From: Amphiscolops sp. MND2022 | Taxonomy: Eukaryota | Length of the DNA: 64,000 nucleotides | Assembly (NCBI GenBank): GCA_964187785.1 | Contig: OZ076409.1 | Span: forward strand, 30,938,001-31,002,000 | Direction: 5' to 3' | Part shown: positions 52,501 to 64,000 of the stretch, piece after piece | How the letters are laid out: the number at the start of each line of letters is the position of its first letter | How positions within the stretch are numbered: the stretch's first letter is position 1 | Translations under genes and position numbers: made by a program | The notes under the pieces: generated by a model | What the model saw: only the letters and a program-made list of their open reading frames with translations | Told to the model about the DNA's origin: nothing | Database searches by the model: none

Positions 52501-54390
52501 TGCACTATCCCATAAGAACAACATTGGCTGAACACAACTCAGAAAAAGTCACGGAGAGGGTTGTTAGGCAATTAGCACTGTATTGTTCATCAAGGAAAAT
52601 AATCTATACGGATGGGCAATGTGTCAATATCTCTCTACTGGTGAATTCAAAAATTTATTCATCTCTAATACTTATCCGAATGGGTATGTAGTAGAAGATT
52701 TTTTACAAATTCCAGACAACAACGAATACGGATTCTTTATAGAAAGTAATTTGGAATATCCGGGCTATATCAAAGAAAGTACTCAAGACTTTCCTTCATG
52801 TCCTTATCAAGTTTAAACCGATAGTGAACGGTTCTCAGAATATCTGAAGCTTGTTAAGCAGCAGAAAAACAGACTCACCATAAAGTTATTGTGTGACCTA
52901 ACAACCAAAAAAATATGGTCAAGAAGTAGTATTAATTGTAAATAAAAAACATGCAAAAATGTTAAACTCTTCCCGACTGATGTTAAATGAGAACTATATA
53001 AAGTCAATGAAATTCAAGCTTTTTCGTGGATTGAGGTATCAGAAAATTATAAAAACAATAAATCAATTATAAATATACAAAATGATTCTTTTGTTTTTCA
53101 GAGTATATGCAGATTTTAAATGTATTAATCAGACTCTGTATAACCCCAAAGTGCTTTTCTCACAACATCCGATTGCTGTTGGGTTTTGATAATAGCACCA
53201 TTCGGAAATCATTATTACTAATATTGTGGTACAGATTGCGTAAATTGGTTTGTTGATAGAATGTTAGAATTAGCAAAATGTTCCAGCGGGTATTTCAATA
53301 CAAATACACCATTGCAAATAACTCCTCTGGAAGAAAAACAATTCCAAAAAACTAACGTGTGTTGGTTGTGTGAAATTTCATGTGATAAAGATAAAGTTCG
53401 AGATCATGATCACCTAACAGGAAAATACAGACGAACAGCTCATGAAGTGGAGCTTAACTTGCAAACAAACAGGTTTTGTTCATTTTTTGACAACTTTTCT
53501 GGGTGTGGTTGTCATCAATTTTTTTGAAGAACTCCTAACTGAATCTTAAATTGGAAACTATGAACCAAACCCATTGCCAAAGTCAATGAAAAAATATGTA
53601 TCTGTTCAAGCATGTTGTTTACGATTCCTTGATTCATATCGATTTCTTTCTTTTAGTTCAGACAAACAAGTCAAAAGTATAAACAAATTCCTTATTAAGG
53701 ATTCACCTAACTTGAAAGATCAATTACTAAAAGACTAGCTGATCCTTCTGAACACTTCAACTTCAATAAAAATAACCAACCACTACACCATTACGAAAAC
53801 AAAAACTAGCTTATCTTCATTAATACTTCAACTTTACTTGGTCAAGAAGTAGTAATAATTGTGAATAAAAAACATACAAAAATGTTAAACTCTTCCCGAC
53901 TAATTTTATATGAGAAATATATGAAGTCAACGAAATTCAAGCTTTTTCTTTGATTGAGGTATCAGAAAATTATAAAAACAATGAATCAATTATAAATATA
54001 CAAAATGATTCTTTTGTTTTTGAGAGTATATTTTGAATGTATTAATCAGACTCTGTATAACCCCAAAGTGCTTTTCTCCCAACATCCGATAGCTGTTGGT
54101 TTTTGTTAATAGCACCATTCGGAAATCATTATTACTACTAATATTGTGGTACAGATTTTGTAAAATGGTTTGTTGATAGAATGTTCGAATAAGCAAAATT
54201 GTCCAGCAAGTATTTCACTACAAATACACCACTGCAATTAACTCCTCTGGAAGAAAAATAATTCCAAGAACCTAACGCGTGTTGGTTGTGTAAAAATTCT
54301 TTACTTGGTCAAGAAGTAGTAATAATTGTGAATAAAAAACATACAAAAATGTTAAACTCTTCCCGACTGATTTTATACGAGAAATTTATA
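34590..54390 (+). repeat. Shuffled tandem array of pPolB pseudogene modules (~17 exonuclease-module copies, 6 palm motif-A module copies)
   Basis: RVYAD.EC, CWLCENSC.KDKVRDHDHLTGKYR and FF.N.SGY.CH..FEELLT..YVSVQACCLRFLDSY recur throughout. ELLLLLENNIRGGVSS.MG.R and NNLYGWAMSQY..DLLQIPD.NE.GFFIE..LEYP recur at ~34.8, 38.1, 43.9, 47.0, 49.7 and 52.3 kb. Confidence 0.9.
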
Positions 54391-54689
54391 AAGTAAATAA
54401 ATATTTAGCCTGATTTTTTATTGCTTGCGTTGTAGCTAAGAAGAATCATGTATCGCTTGTATTTGTTTTCCAGTAAGTTCTTGTTGTTTAATTTGGTTTT
54501 GTTTCTGATTTTCAAAACTTCTTCCATGTCATAATCAAAGTCTCGCTTCCCAAGTTTTCTTTCGGCTTTCAATGAAGATTTGAATAGATTAAATTTGTTA
54601 ATGATTAATTTTCAATTTAGATATAAAATATTTCGGAATTAAATATTTTCAAAAAAATAAAAAGAGTATTTTTTAGATTTGAAATTAAT

Positions 54690-55010
54690 GAATTTTGCTC
54701 GAAAATAAACTTGCTGCTGCAGTTTCTGTAGTTGCTTCAATTTTTATTGCTCTGCCAGGATTGTTGAGTATTTTTTTCCAACATTCTTGCTGCTTTGCCA
54801 AGATATTTAAGGGAGTCCCCGAATCCTTTTGCTTTTATAGTTGGATCTGATACTTAAAGTGATTTTTTCTATTACTTGTTGCACAAGTACTCCTCAATAA
54901 TTTCACAAGTGCTCACGTTTTTTTTTATTTTGAGTTATAAAATATATATCTTTTTTTAGACTGTTCTTGGCAGAATAGTGTTTGTCACCAACACAGTATG
55001 ATTTACTTTT
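54690..55010 (-). pseudogene. Two small conserved Polinton ORF remnants
   Basis: KSYCVGDKHYSAKN resembles Polinton Cys-rich 'K.YCVG..HYS' proteins. IKAKGFGDSLKYLGKAARMLEKILNNPGRAIKIEATTETAAAS resembles the recalled 'GLGDFFK.LGK...L.NPGRAL.I....TAAAS' protein. Confidence 0.5.
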
Positions 55011-55059
55011 AATTTTTTTGGAAGCCTATTTATTTGGGAAAAAAATCGTTTTCCTAAGC

Positions 55060-55360
55060 TTTGCATATACATTAGTTTTGATGATTTGAATTGTGAATTT
55101 TGAAGATTCATTGTCGAAATCCACTGGGTTATGGTTGGAGTCTTCGAGGAAAAATTAGATCTTGTCTAATCTTGTTTCGTTTATCTTTCTGTACAAAACA
55201 GTGGTTGGCTCTTTTATAGTTTTATATCCTGGTGGCGTATCAAGATTGAAAGAAAATACTGTTTGTTCTCTAATTCCAAAAACGATTGGGCCATATACAC
55301 AATCACACTTCAGATGAACTTTGTTGATGTAATCGTAACTGGTATTTCTGATTTATGGGG
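55060..55360 (-). pseudogene. Polinton minor capsid (penton) protein C-terminus
   Basis: PVTIT.INKVHLKCDCVYGPIVFGIREQTVFSFNLDTPPGYKTIKEPTTVLYRKINETRLDKI*FFLEDSNHNPVDFDNE. This matches the recalled single-jelly-roll mCP C-terminal pattern KxHLKCDCI.GSIVNG.REPIL.SF.L..PPG.K. Confidence 0.75.
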
Positions 55361-56769
55361 TAGGCTGGAGGAGTAACTAAATATGGTTATAACGCGGACT
55401 CCAAATAGACGTCATGGTTGCGACCCGATGACGTAACCGAACGCTAAAAATACTCACCACCGAGATACGACTTAAAATAACGTCACAAATCGTTACATTT
55501 CATTGGTTTCCGAAACAGAGTGATTGACTGAAGTTTAGTGGTTTTTTCCATTGACCCAAGCGACAAATGAGTTCGAAAGATGGTATCTCTCCTAGTGACA
55601 AAGTAGTACTTTGCACAAATCCTACTTCTCTTGCCTTATTTTCTTCTAACGGGATCTGCTTGTATCCAGGTTTAAACCACAACATATCGTAATCTTTACT
55701 AGTATTTGTGCAAAGGTAACAATGAGTAACAGTATTAACTGAATTAACGCGTCGCCAGATTCATCTGAATCAATCATATGCGCTCATTTGCTGCTGTAGT
55801 CAAGCAGACCCTAATTTCGCTATATTTATTCGAGCTGTTGCTGTTGCTTTACCCTGGAAATAGGTATTTAACGAGTACCTGTATTTTAATACATTTGCAT
55901 TAATCCGTTGCTTCCATATAAAGCCTTATGCCGCCTGCTACCCATTTTATGTTCCATAATTTGGAGTGTCATGCTGGGAAACGTTTAAATACCCCTGAAC
56001 AAAGTCCGCGATGACATTCTATGAAATTGCACCTCACCGAGATATACCGCTAATCTTTTGACCTGATTTACTATTTCATTCATTGTTCTCAGTTGTTCAA
56101 TAATTCTCCATCATCCAATTCACCGTTAATGTTAACCCCATTTTGTAATGCCTTCGACTAGAAAGACATGAACATGGTGATTGGGAATTTCATCGATTCG
56201 GAATTTCAACTTCTAGGAGCTCGAGAGCGGTTCGAATGCAAAAATGGACCTTCGGTCCAAAGGACTACACAGGAATCCCCAAGTGGGTTTCAGCCTTAAA
56301 ACATTCTGGTACGCAATTCTTGTAGTTATCAAAGAGACCCTGGTCGAAGTTGCCGCGAAGTTTTACATGCACCTTCAAAAAATGCCGGCTAATTTTTTAT
56401 AAAACATGGAAAATTCAGGGATCATGCCTGGAAAAATTTTGTAAAATTAACAGGTAACTTGTAAAATTTTTGTAAAATTACCAGGCAACTTGGAAAATGC
56501 TGGCAGCATTTCAAGGTGTTTTTAAAAAATTTCCCTGCAACCTATAAAACAATTTAAAAAAAATCCATGTAGTTTTACTCAAAAAACTCGACAAAAAACT
56601 CTGAAAACGACCTTTCATTTTGAACTCAATTCTCATTCTGACGAAGTCTAATTTCTTCATTTCTAATGTTCTTGTAAAAAAATCAATAAGAATAAAACTG
56701 AATCAAATTCAATCAAAATATACAAAATTGAGTCACAATATACAAAATTATTGGCTCTTTTCTGTCCCA

Positions 56770-59700
56770 ATCTTTTTTCAATTCAGATGATTTACCCAAC
56801 ACGTCATCACGCACATCAGCCACTCCACAAAAACATCAAGTTGACAGGGTCTGAAACAAAAACATACAATCAATACTCTCTGGATCTCAGGAAAAAAACT
56901 CCAGGGCACATTTTATCGAACGAAAAACTGTTCTCGAACTTCGAAATGTCCTGAAGGCATTTCATTCAATTAATTCGGGCACAAATAAACAAGGCCAAAT
57001 GGAAATTTTGAGAAGAAAAATCACTACTGAAAAAACCTTGGAAAAACGGAATGTTTCGTGCGAAACACAAGCAGCAAAAACACCAGCTATGATTGTTCCG
57101 AACACGAAGTTTTCGAAAAAGCGGAAAGCAAAAAACATCAGAAAAAATCTACATCAAATTACGACAAAACTTGAAAGACATACCGAAAACGTCTGTGAAC
57201 GCATGTCCAAAGATGTTAGAAAGCATCGCTATCGTCTTCCACGTGCAACACTACAGCTGAAGCTGTCAACTCGGATGATTCACCCAACACGTCATCACAC
57301 ATCAGCCACTCCACAAAAACATCGAGTTGACAGTGTCTGAAATAAAAACATACGATCAATACTCTCTGGATCTCAGGAAAAAACTCCAGGGCACATTTTA
57401 TCGAACGAAAAACTGTTCTCGAACTTCGAAATGTCCTGAAGGCATTTCATTCAATTAATTCGGGCACAAATAAACAAGGCCAAATGGAAATTTTGGGAAG
57501 AAAAATCACTACTAAAAAAACCTTGGAAAAACGGAATGTTTCGTGCGAAACACAAGCAGCAAAAACACCAGCTATGATTGTTCCGAACACGAAGTTTTCG
57601 AAAAAGCGGAAAGCAAAAAAACATCAGAAAAAATCTACATCAAATTACGACAAAACTTGAAAGACATACCGAAAACGTCTGTGAACGCATGTCCAAAGAT
57701 GTTAGAAAGCATCGCTATCGTCTTCCACGTGCAACACTACAGCTGAAGCTGTCAACTTGGATGATTCACCCAACACGTCATCACACATCAGCCACTCCAC
57801 AAAAACATCGAGTTGACAGTGTCTGAAATAAAAACATACGATCAATACTCTCTGGATCTCAGGAAAAAAACTCCAGGGCACATTTTATCGAACGAAAAAC
57901 TGTTCTCGAACTTCGAAATGTCCTGAAGGCATTTCATTCAATTAATTCGGGCACAAATAAACAAGGCCAAATGGAAATTTTGGGAAGAAAAATCACTACT
58001 GAAAAAACCTTGGAAAAACGGAATGTTTCGTGCGAAACACAAGCAGCAAAAACACCAGCTATGATTGTTCCGAACACGAAGTTTTCGAAAAAGCGGAAAG
58101 CAAAAAAACATCAGAAAAAATCTACATCAAATTACGACAAAACTTGAAAGACATACCGAAAACGTCTGTGAACGCATGTCCAAAGATGTTAGAAAGCATC
58201 GCTATCTTCTTCCACGTGCAACACTACAGCTGAAGCTGTCAACTCGGATGATTCACCCAACACGTCATCACACATCAGCCACTCCACAAAAACATCAGAT
58301 TGACAGGGTCTGAAACAAAAACATACGATCAATACTCTCTGAATTACAGATTAAAAAACTCCAAAACAGATCTTATCGAACAAAAAACTGTTCTCGAACT
58401 TTGAAACGTCCTGAAGATCTTCCATTCAGGTACTTCGGCCACAAACAAAGAAGGCCAAAATGACGTCTTGAACAGAAAAATCACTTCTCAAAGGAACCTC
58501 CAAAAAACGGAATGTTTCGTACAAAACAAGCAGCAAAAACACCAGCTAGGATTGTTTCGAACGGTAAGTTTTGGAAAAAGCAGAAAAAATCTACGACAGC
58601 AAATACGACAAAACTTGAAAGACATACCGAAAACGTCTGTGAACGCATGTCCAAAGATGTTAGAAAGCATCGTTATCGTCTTCCACGTGCAACACTGCAG
58701 CTGAAGCTGTCAACTCGGATGATTCACCCAACACGTCATCTCACATCAGCCACTCCACAAAAACATCGAGTTGACAGGGTCTGAAACAAAAACATACGAT
58801 CAATACTCTCTGAATTACAGATTAAAATACTCCAAAACAGATCTTATCGAACTAAAAACTGTTCTCGAACTTCGAAACGTCCTGAAGATCTTTCATTCAG
58901 GTAGTTCGGCAGCAAATAAAAAAGACCAAAATGACGTTTTGAACAGAAAAATCACTACTCAAAGGAACCTCCAAAAAACGGAATGTTTCGTACAAAACAC
59001 AAGCAGCAAAAACACCAGCTAGGATTGTTTCGAACGGTAAGTTTTGGAAAAAGCAGAAAAAATCTACGACAGCAAATACGACAAAACTTGAAAGACATAC
59101 CGAAAACGTCTGTGAACGCATGTCCAAAGATGTTAGAAAGCATCGTTATCGTCTTCCACGTGCAACACTGCAGCTGAAGCTGTCAACTCGGATGATTCAC
59201 CCAACACGTCATCACACATCAGCCACTCCACAAAAACATCGAGTTGACAGGGTCTGAAACAAAAACATACGATCAATATTCTCTGAATTACAGATTAAAA
59301 TACTCCAAAACAGATCTTATCGAACTAAAAACTGTTCTCGAACTTCGAAACGTCCTGAAGATCTTTCATTCAGGTAGTTCGGCAGCAAATAAAAAAGACC
59401 AAAATGACGTTTTGAACAGAAAAATCACTACTCAAAGGAACCTCCAAAAAACGGAATGTTTCGTACAAAACACAAGCAGCAAAAACACCAGCTAGGATTG
59501 TTTCGAACACGAAGTTTTGGAGAAAGCAGAAAAAATCTACGACAGCAAAGACGACAAAACTTGAAAGACATACCGAAAACGTCAGAGAACCCATAACCAA
59601 AGCTGTTAGAAAGCATCGCTATCGTCTTCCACGTGCAACACTACAGCTGAAGCTGTCAACTCGGATGATTCACCCAACACGTCATCACACATCAGCCACT

Positions 59701-62700
59701 CCACAAAAACATCGAGTTGACAGTGTCTGAAATAAAAACATACGATCAATACTCTCTGCATCTCAGGAAAAAAACTCCAGGGCACATTTTATCGAACGAA
59801 AAACTGTTCTCGAACTTCGAAATGTCCTGAAGGCATTTCATTCAATTAATTCGGGCACAAATAAACAAGGCCAAATGGAAATTTTGGGAAGAAAAATCAC
59901 TACTGAAAAAACCTTGGAAAAACGGAATGTTTCGTGCGAAACACAAGCAGCAAAAACACCAGCTATGATTGTTCCGAACACGAAGTTTTCGAAAAAGCGG
60001 AAAGCAAAAAAACATCAGAAAAAATCTACATCAAATTACGACAAAACTTGAAAGACATACCGAAAACGTCTGTGAACGCATGTCCAAAGATGTTAGAAAG
60101 CATCGCTATCTTCTTCCACGTGCAACACTACAGCTGAAGCTGTCAACTCGGATGATTCACCCAACACGTCATCACACATCAGCCACTCCACAAAAACATC
60201 AGATTGACAGGGTCTGAAACAAAAACATACGATCAATACTCTCTGAATTACAGATTAAAAAACTCCAAAACAGATCTTATCGAACAAAAAACTGTTCTCG
60301 AACTTTGAAACGTCCTGAAGATCTTCCATTCAGGTACTTCGGCCACAAACAAAGAAGGCCAAAATGACGTTTTGAACAGAAAAATCACTTCTCAAAGGAA
60401 CCTCCAAAAAACGGAATGTTTCGTACAAAACAAGCAGCAAAAACACCAGCTAGGATTGTTTCGAACGGTAAGTTTTGGAAAAAGCAGAAAAAATCTACGA
60501 CAGCAAATACGACAAAACTTGAAAGACATACCGAAAACGTCTGTGAACGCATGTCCAAAGATGTTAGAAAGCATCGTTATCGTCTTCCACGTGCAACACT
60601 GCAGCTGAAGCTGTCAACTCGGATGATTCACCCAACACGTCATCACACATCAGCCACTCCACAAAAACATCGAGTTGACAGGGTCTGAAACAAAAACATA
60701 CGATCAATACTCTCTGAATTACAGATAGAAAAACTGGAAAACGAATCTTATCGAACGACAAAGTGTTCTAGAACTTGAAGATCATGAAGGTCTAGGCTTT
60801 CATTCAAGTAGTTTGGAAAAACTGCCCTCGAACATCGGAAAGTCCTAGAGGCTTTCATTCAAGCAGTTCAGCCACAGATAAAGAAGGCCAAAAGGAAGTT
60901 TTGGGAAGAAAAATCACAACTGCAAGGAACCTTCAAAAAACGAAATGTTTCATGAAAAGGCAAGCAGCAAAAAACACCACTTAGGGTTGTTTCGAACACG
61001 AAGTTTTCAAAAAAGCAGAAAGCAAAAAACATCAGAAAGAAATCAACGACAACAAATACGACGAAAGTTGAAAGGTTCTTGTTTTCTTGATCTTTGTCAA
61101 CTTGTCAACTCTGTCAACTTGATCTTTTCTGGAGTGGCTGATGCACGAGGGCGTGTTGGGTGAATCATCCGAGTTGGCAGCTCCAGCTGTAACGTTGGAC
61201 AATGACGACAATTACCATGCTCTGACACTTTTGGTCATTGGCTCCAAGGCGTTTTCGGTAAACCTACCAAGTTTGATCGTATTTATTGCTATATATAGGA
61301 AAAAATACGATGAAACTTGGGAGATTCACCGAAAACGTATGGGAACCAATGACCAAAGGTGTCAGAGAGCATGGTAATCGTCGTCCACGTCCAACACTAC
61401 AGCTGGAGCTGCCAACTTCAAGTTGACAGAGTCTGAAACAAAAACATCTGATCACTATTCTCTATTTTGCAGCATGAAAAACTACAAAACAGATCTTATC
61501 GAACAAAAAACTGTTCTCGAACTTTGAAAAGTCCTGAAGACCTTTCATTCAAGTAGTTCGGCCACAAATAAAGAAGGCCATAAGGAACTTTCGGGAAGAA
61601 AAATCACTACTGGGAGGAACCTTCGAAAACGGAGTTTTTCGTGCAAAACACAAGCAGCAAAAACCAGCTAGGATTCTTTCGAACACCAAGTTTTTGAAAA
61701 AGCGGAAAGCAAAAAAAAACATCAGAAAAAATCTACATCAAATTACGACAAAACTTGAGAGAAGTACCGAATACGACTGAGAACCCATGACCAAAGGTGT
61801 CAGAGAGCATGGTAATCGTCTTCCACGTCCAACGATACAGCTGGAGCTGTCAACTCGGATGATTCACCGAACACGCCATCGCGCATCAGACACTACAGGA
61901 AAGCATCACGTTGAAAGGGTCAAACATAAACATCTTCTGATCACTTCTGAACATCTTCTGCAGGCTTAAGCTTTTCATTTTCTAAAGTTCAGGTAAAAAA
62001 TTCCAAAACATATAATCTCGATCGAAAAACTGTTCTAGAACTTGGAAAGGTCCTGAAGGTCTAGGTATTCATTCAAGTAGTTCGGCCAGAACTTATGAAA
62101 GTCAAAAACTTTTGGGAAGAAAAATTAATATCAAAGAAACCTTCGAAAAACGGAATGTTTCATGCAAAACACAAACATCAGAAACACCAGCTGGGATTGT
62201 TTCAAACACACAATTTTTCAAACCAGAGCCGCATATGCGGTAAAGGAGTCGGCTTAGGTCTTTTTCCTTCTGACTCGCTCCAATCCCAGAATCATACGAA
62301 TTTATTGAAATTGCACACATAGGACCATACTATGGTGTAGAAAATTTCGCTCGAATCGTACGGAGGACAGTTTTTGAGAAAAGCACATAGCAAAAAACAT
62401 TAGAAAAAAATTTACGGTCACAACCACAACGAAAGTTAAAAGAATTACCGAAAACGTCCGGGAACCCATGACCAAAGGAGTAAACGAGCATTGTAATCGT
62501 TTTTCTCGTCAAACACTACTGCTGAAGCTGTCAACACGGATGATTCGCCATACACGTTTTCACGCATCAGCCATTCCGGAATCAAGTTGAATGTCTGAAA
62601 CAAAAACAGCTTCAAATCAATAGTCCCCAAAATGCACATCGAAAACTCCAAACGTATCTTATCGAACCAAAAACTGTTCCCGATATCGAAAAAATCCTGA

Positions 62701-64000
62701 AGGTTTAAGCTTTCATTCAAGTATATCGGCCAGAAATTATGGAGGCCAAAACGAAGTTTTGAGAAGAAAAATCACTACTGAAAAGAAACTTCGAAAAACA
62801 GGAAGATTCATGCAAAACAAGCAGCGTAAACACTAGCTGGGAGCCTTTCAAAAACGAAGTTTTCGAAACTCCTAAAAGCCATCAGAAAATATCTACAGCA
62901 ATAAATACGATGGAACTTGGGAGATTTCCGAAAACGTGTTGAAATGCGTGACGAAAAGTGTTAGAGAACATGGAAATCGTCTTCCACGTTCAACATTATA
63001 GCTGAAGTTGTCAACTCGGATGATTCACTCAACACGCATCAGCCACTAGAGAAAAGCATCACGTTAATAGGATCTGAAACAAAAACATCTTCATATTACT
63101 AATTTCTAAATTGCGGATCGAAAAAACTCCAAAACGTATCTTATCGAGAGAAAAACTGTTCTCGATACTAGAAATATCCTAATGGCTTAGGCTTTCATTG
63201 AAGTAGTTCGGCCACAAATCAAGAAAAATCACTACTGAAAAACCCTTCGCGAATCGGAATCTTCTGTGCAAAAAAGCAGCAAAAACACCAGATAGGATTG
63301 TTTCAAAAACGAAATTTTGAAAAAATAAAAAAGCGAAACTTGAAAAGCAAACATTACTCGCAAGAAAAACCAAAAACGTCTGGGAACCCAGGACAAAAAC
63401 TGTTAAAGGGCATCGTTATCGTCCTCCACGTGCAACACTACAGCTGAAGGTGTCAACTCGGATGATTCACCCAACACGTCATCACACATTAGCCACTCCA
63501 CAAAAACATCAAGTTGACAGCGTCTGAAACAGAAACATCCGATCAATACTCTCTGAACAACATACGAGAAAATGTCCTAGAACTTGAAGATCATGAAGGT
63601 CTAGGCTTTCATTTAGGTAGTTCGGTCAGAAAAAAAGAAGGCCAAAAGGAAGTTTTGGGAAGAAAAATCACAACTGCAAGGAACCTTCAAAAAACGCAAA
63701 GTGAAAAGGCAAGTAGAAAAAAACACCACTTAGGGTTGTTCCGAACACGAAGTTTTCAAAAAAGCAGAAAGCAAAAAACATCAGAAAGAAATCAACGACA
63801 ACGAATACGACGAAACTTGAAAGAATTACCGACAACGTCTGGGATCTCATGACCTGAGCGGTTAGAGAGAATCGTAATTAGTCTTCCAAGAGCAACACTA
63901 CAGCTGGAGTTGTCAACTAGTTGCACAAAACATTCCGTTTCTCGAAGGTTTCTTTCAGTAGTGATTTTTCTTCCCAAACATGTTAGTCCTCGTGATATTG
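56770..64000. repeat. ~471-487-bp satellite; homogeneous core to ~60.7 kb, diverged and partly inverted copies beyond; runs off the window
   Basis: The anchor GGATGATTCACCCAACACGTCATC occurs at 57273, 57759, 58246, 58717, 59190, 59663, 60150 and 60621. Diverged copies lie near 61857, 62540, 63020 and 63460. Confidence 0.95.

Noticed and set aside
33200-54390. Active Polinton or functional pPolB
   Set aside because: There are stops and frameshifts throughout, the motif A aspartate is absent, motifs B and C were not found, and no TIRs were identified.
56148-56325. Short GC-richer open frame (LRLERHEHGDWEFHRFG...KWTFGPKDYTGIPKW) as the next AK9 exon
   Set aside because: It does not resemble the expected downstream AK9 sequence, and the nearby AG acceptor gives a stop in the required phase.
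62225-62280. Resemblance to pBR322/pUC backbone words (CATATGCGGT, AAGGAG, CTGACTCGCT)
   Set aside because: Only short words match and the spacing differs. There is no continuous identity, so vector contamination is not supported.
56751-63977. Repeated 60-113 aa ORFs (MEILRRK..., MFRTRSF..., MRNTSSK...) as genes
   Set aside because: They are open frames in several registers of the satellite monomer with no recognisable motifs, and they break inconsistently between copies.

Overview
AT-rich eukaryotic (metazoan-like) genomic DNA; the species cannot be determined from the sequence. The only host gene recognisable is an adenylate kinase 9 (AK9)-like gene on +. Three internal exons (6084-6473, 6800-7001, 31137-31283) splice in frame through GT-AG introns of 326 bp and 24,135 bp, and the next intron appears to run past the window end (>32 kb). 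Almost everything else is repeat-derived. There are degenerate non-LTR retrotransposons (CR1/L2-type, RTE-type with an 11-bp TSD, CRE-type), Helentron-like and foldback MITEs, a tRNA-derived SINE and a ~600-bp N gap. Most strikingly, two Polinton/Maverick (endogenous DNA virus) remnants lie inside the giant introns, and their genes have been turned into tandem arrays. These are a 24-unit ~390-bp A/B satellite built from an SGNH-hydrolase-like ORF (13.7-23.1 kb), a ~1.1-kb x4 array of the packaging-ATPase/membrane-protein region (25.4-29.5 kb), and a ~21-kb shuffled array of protein-primed DNA polymerase B segments (33.2-54.4 kb). A third, apparently non-coding ~480-bp satellite with higher-order structure and inversions fills 56.8-64 kb. 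All protein family calls come from recalled motifs, not database searches. Any functional role for the arrays (small-RNA source, intron gigantism) is hypothesis only.
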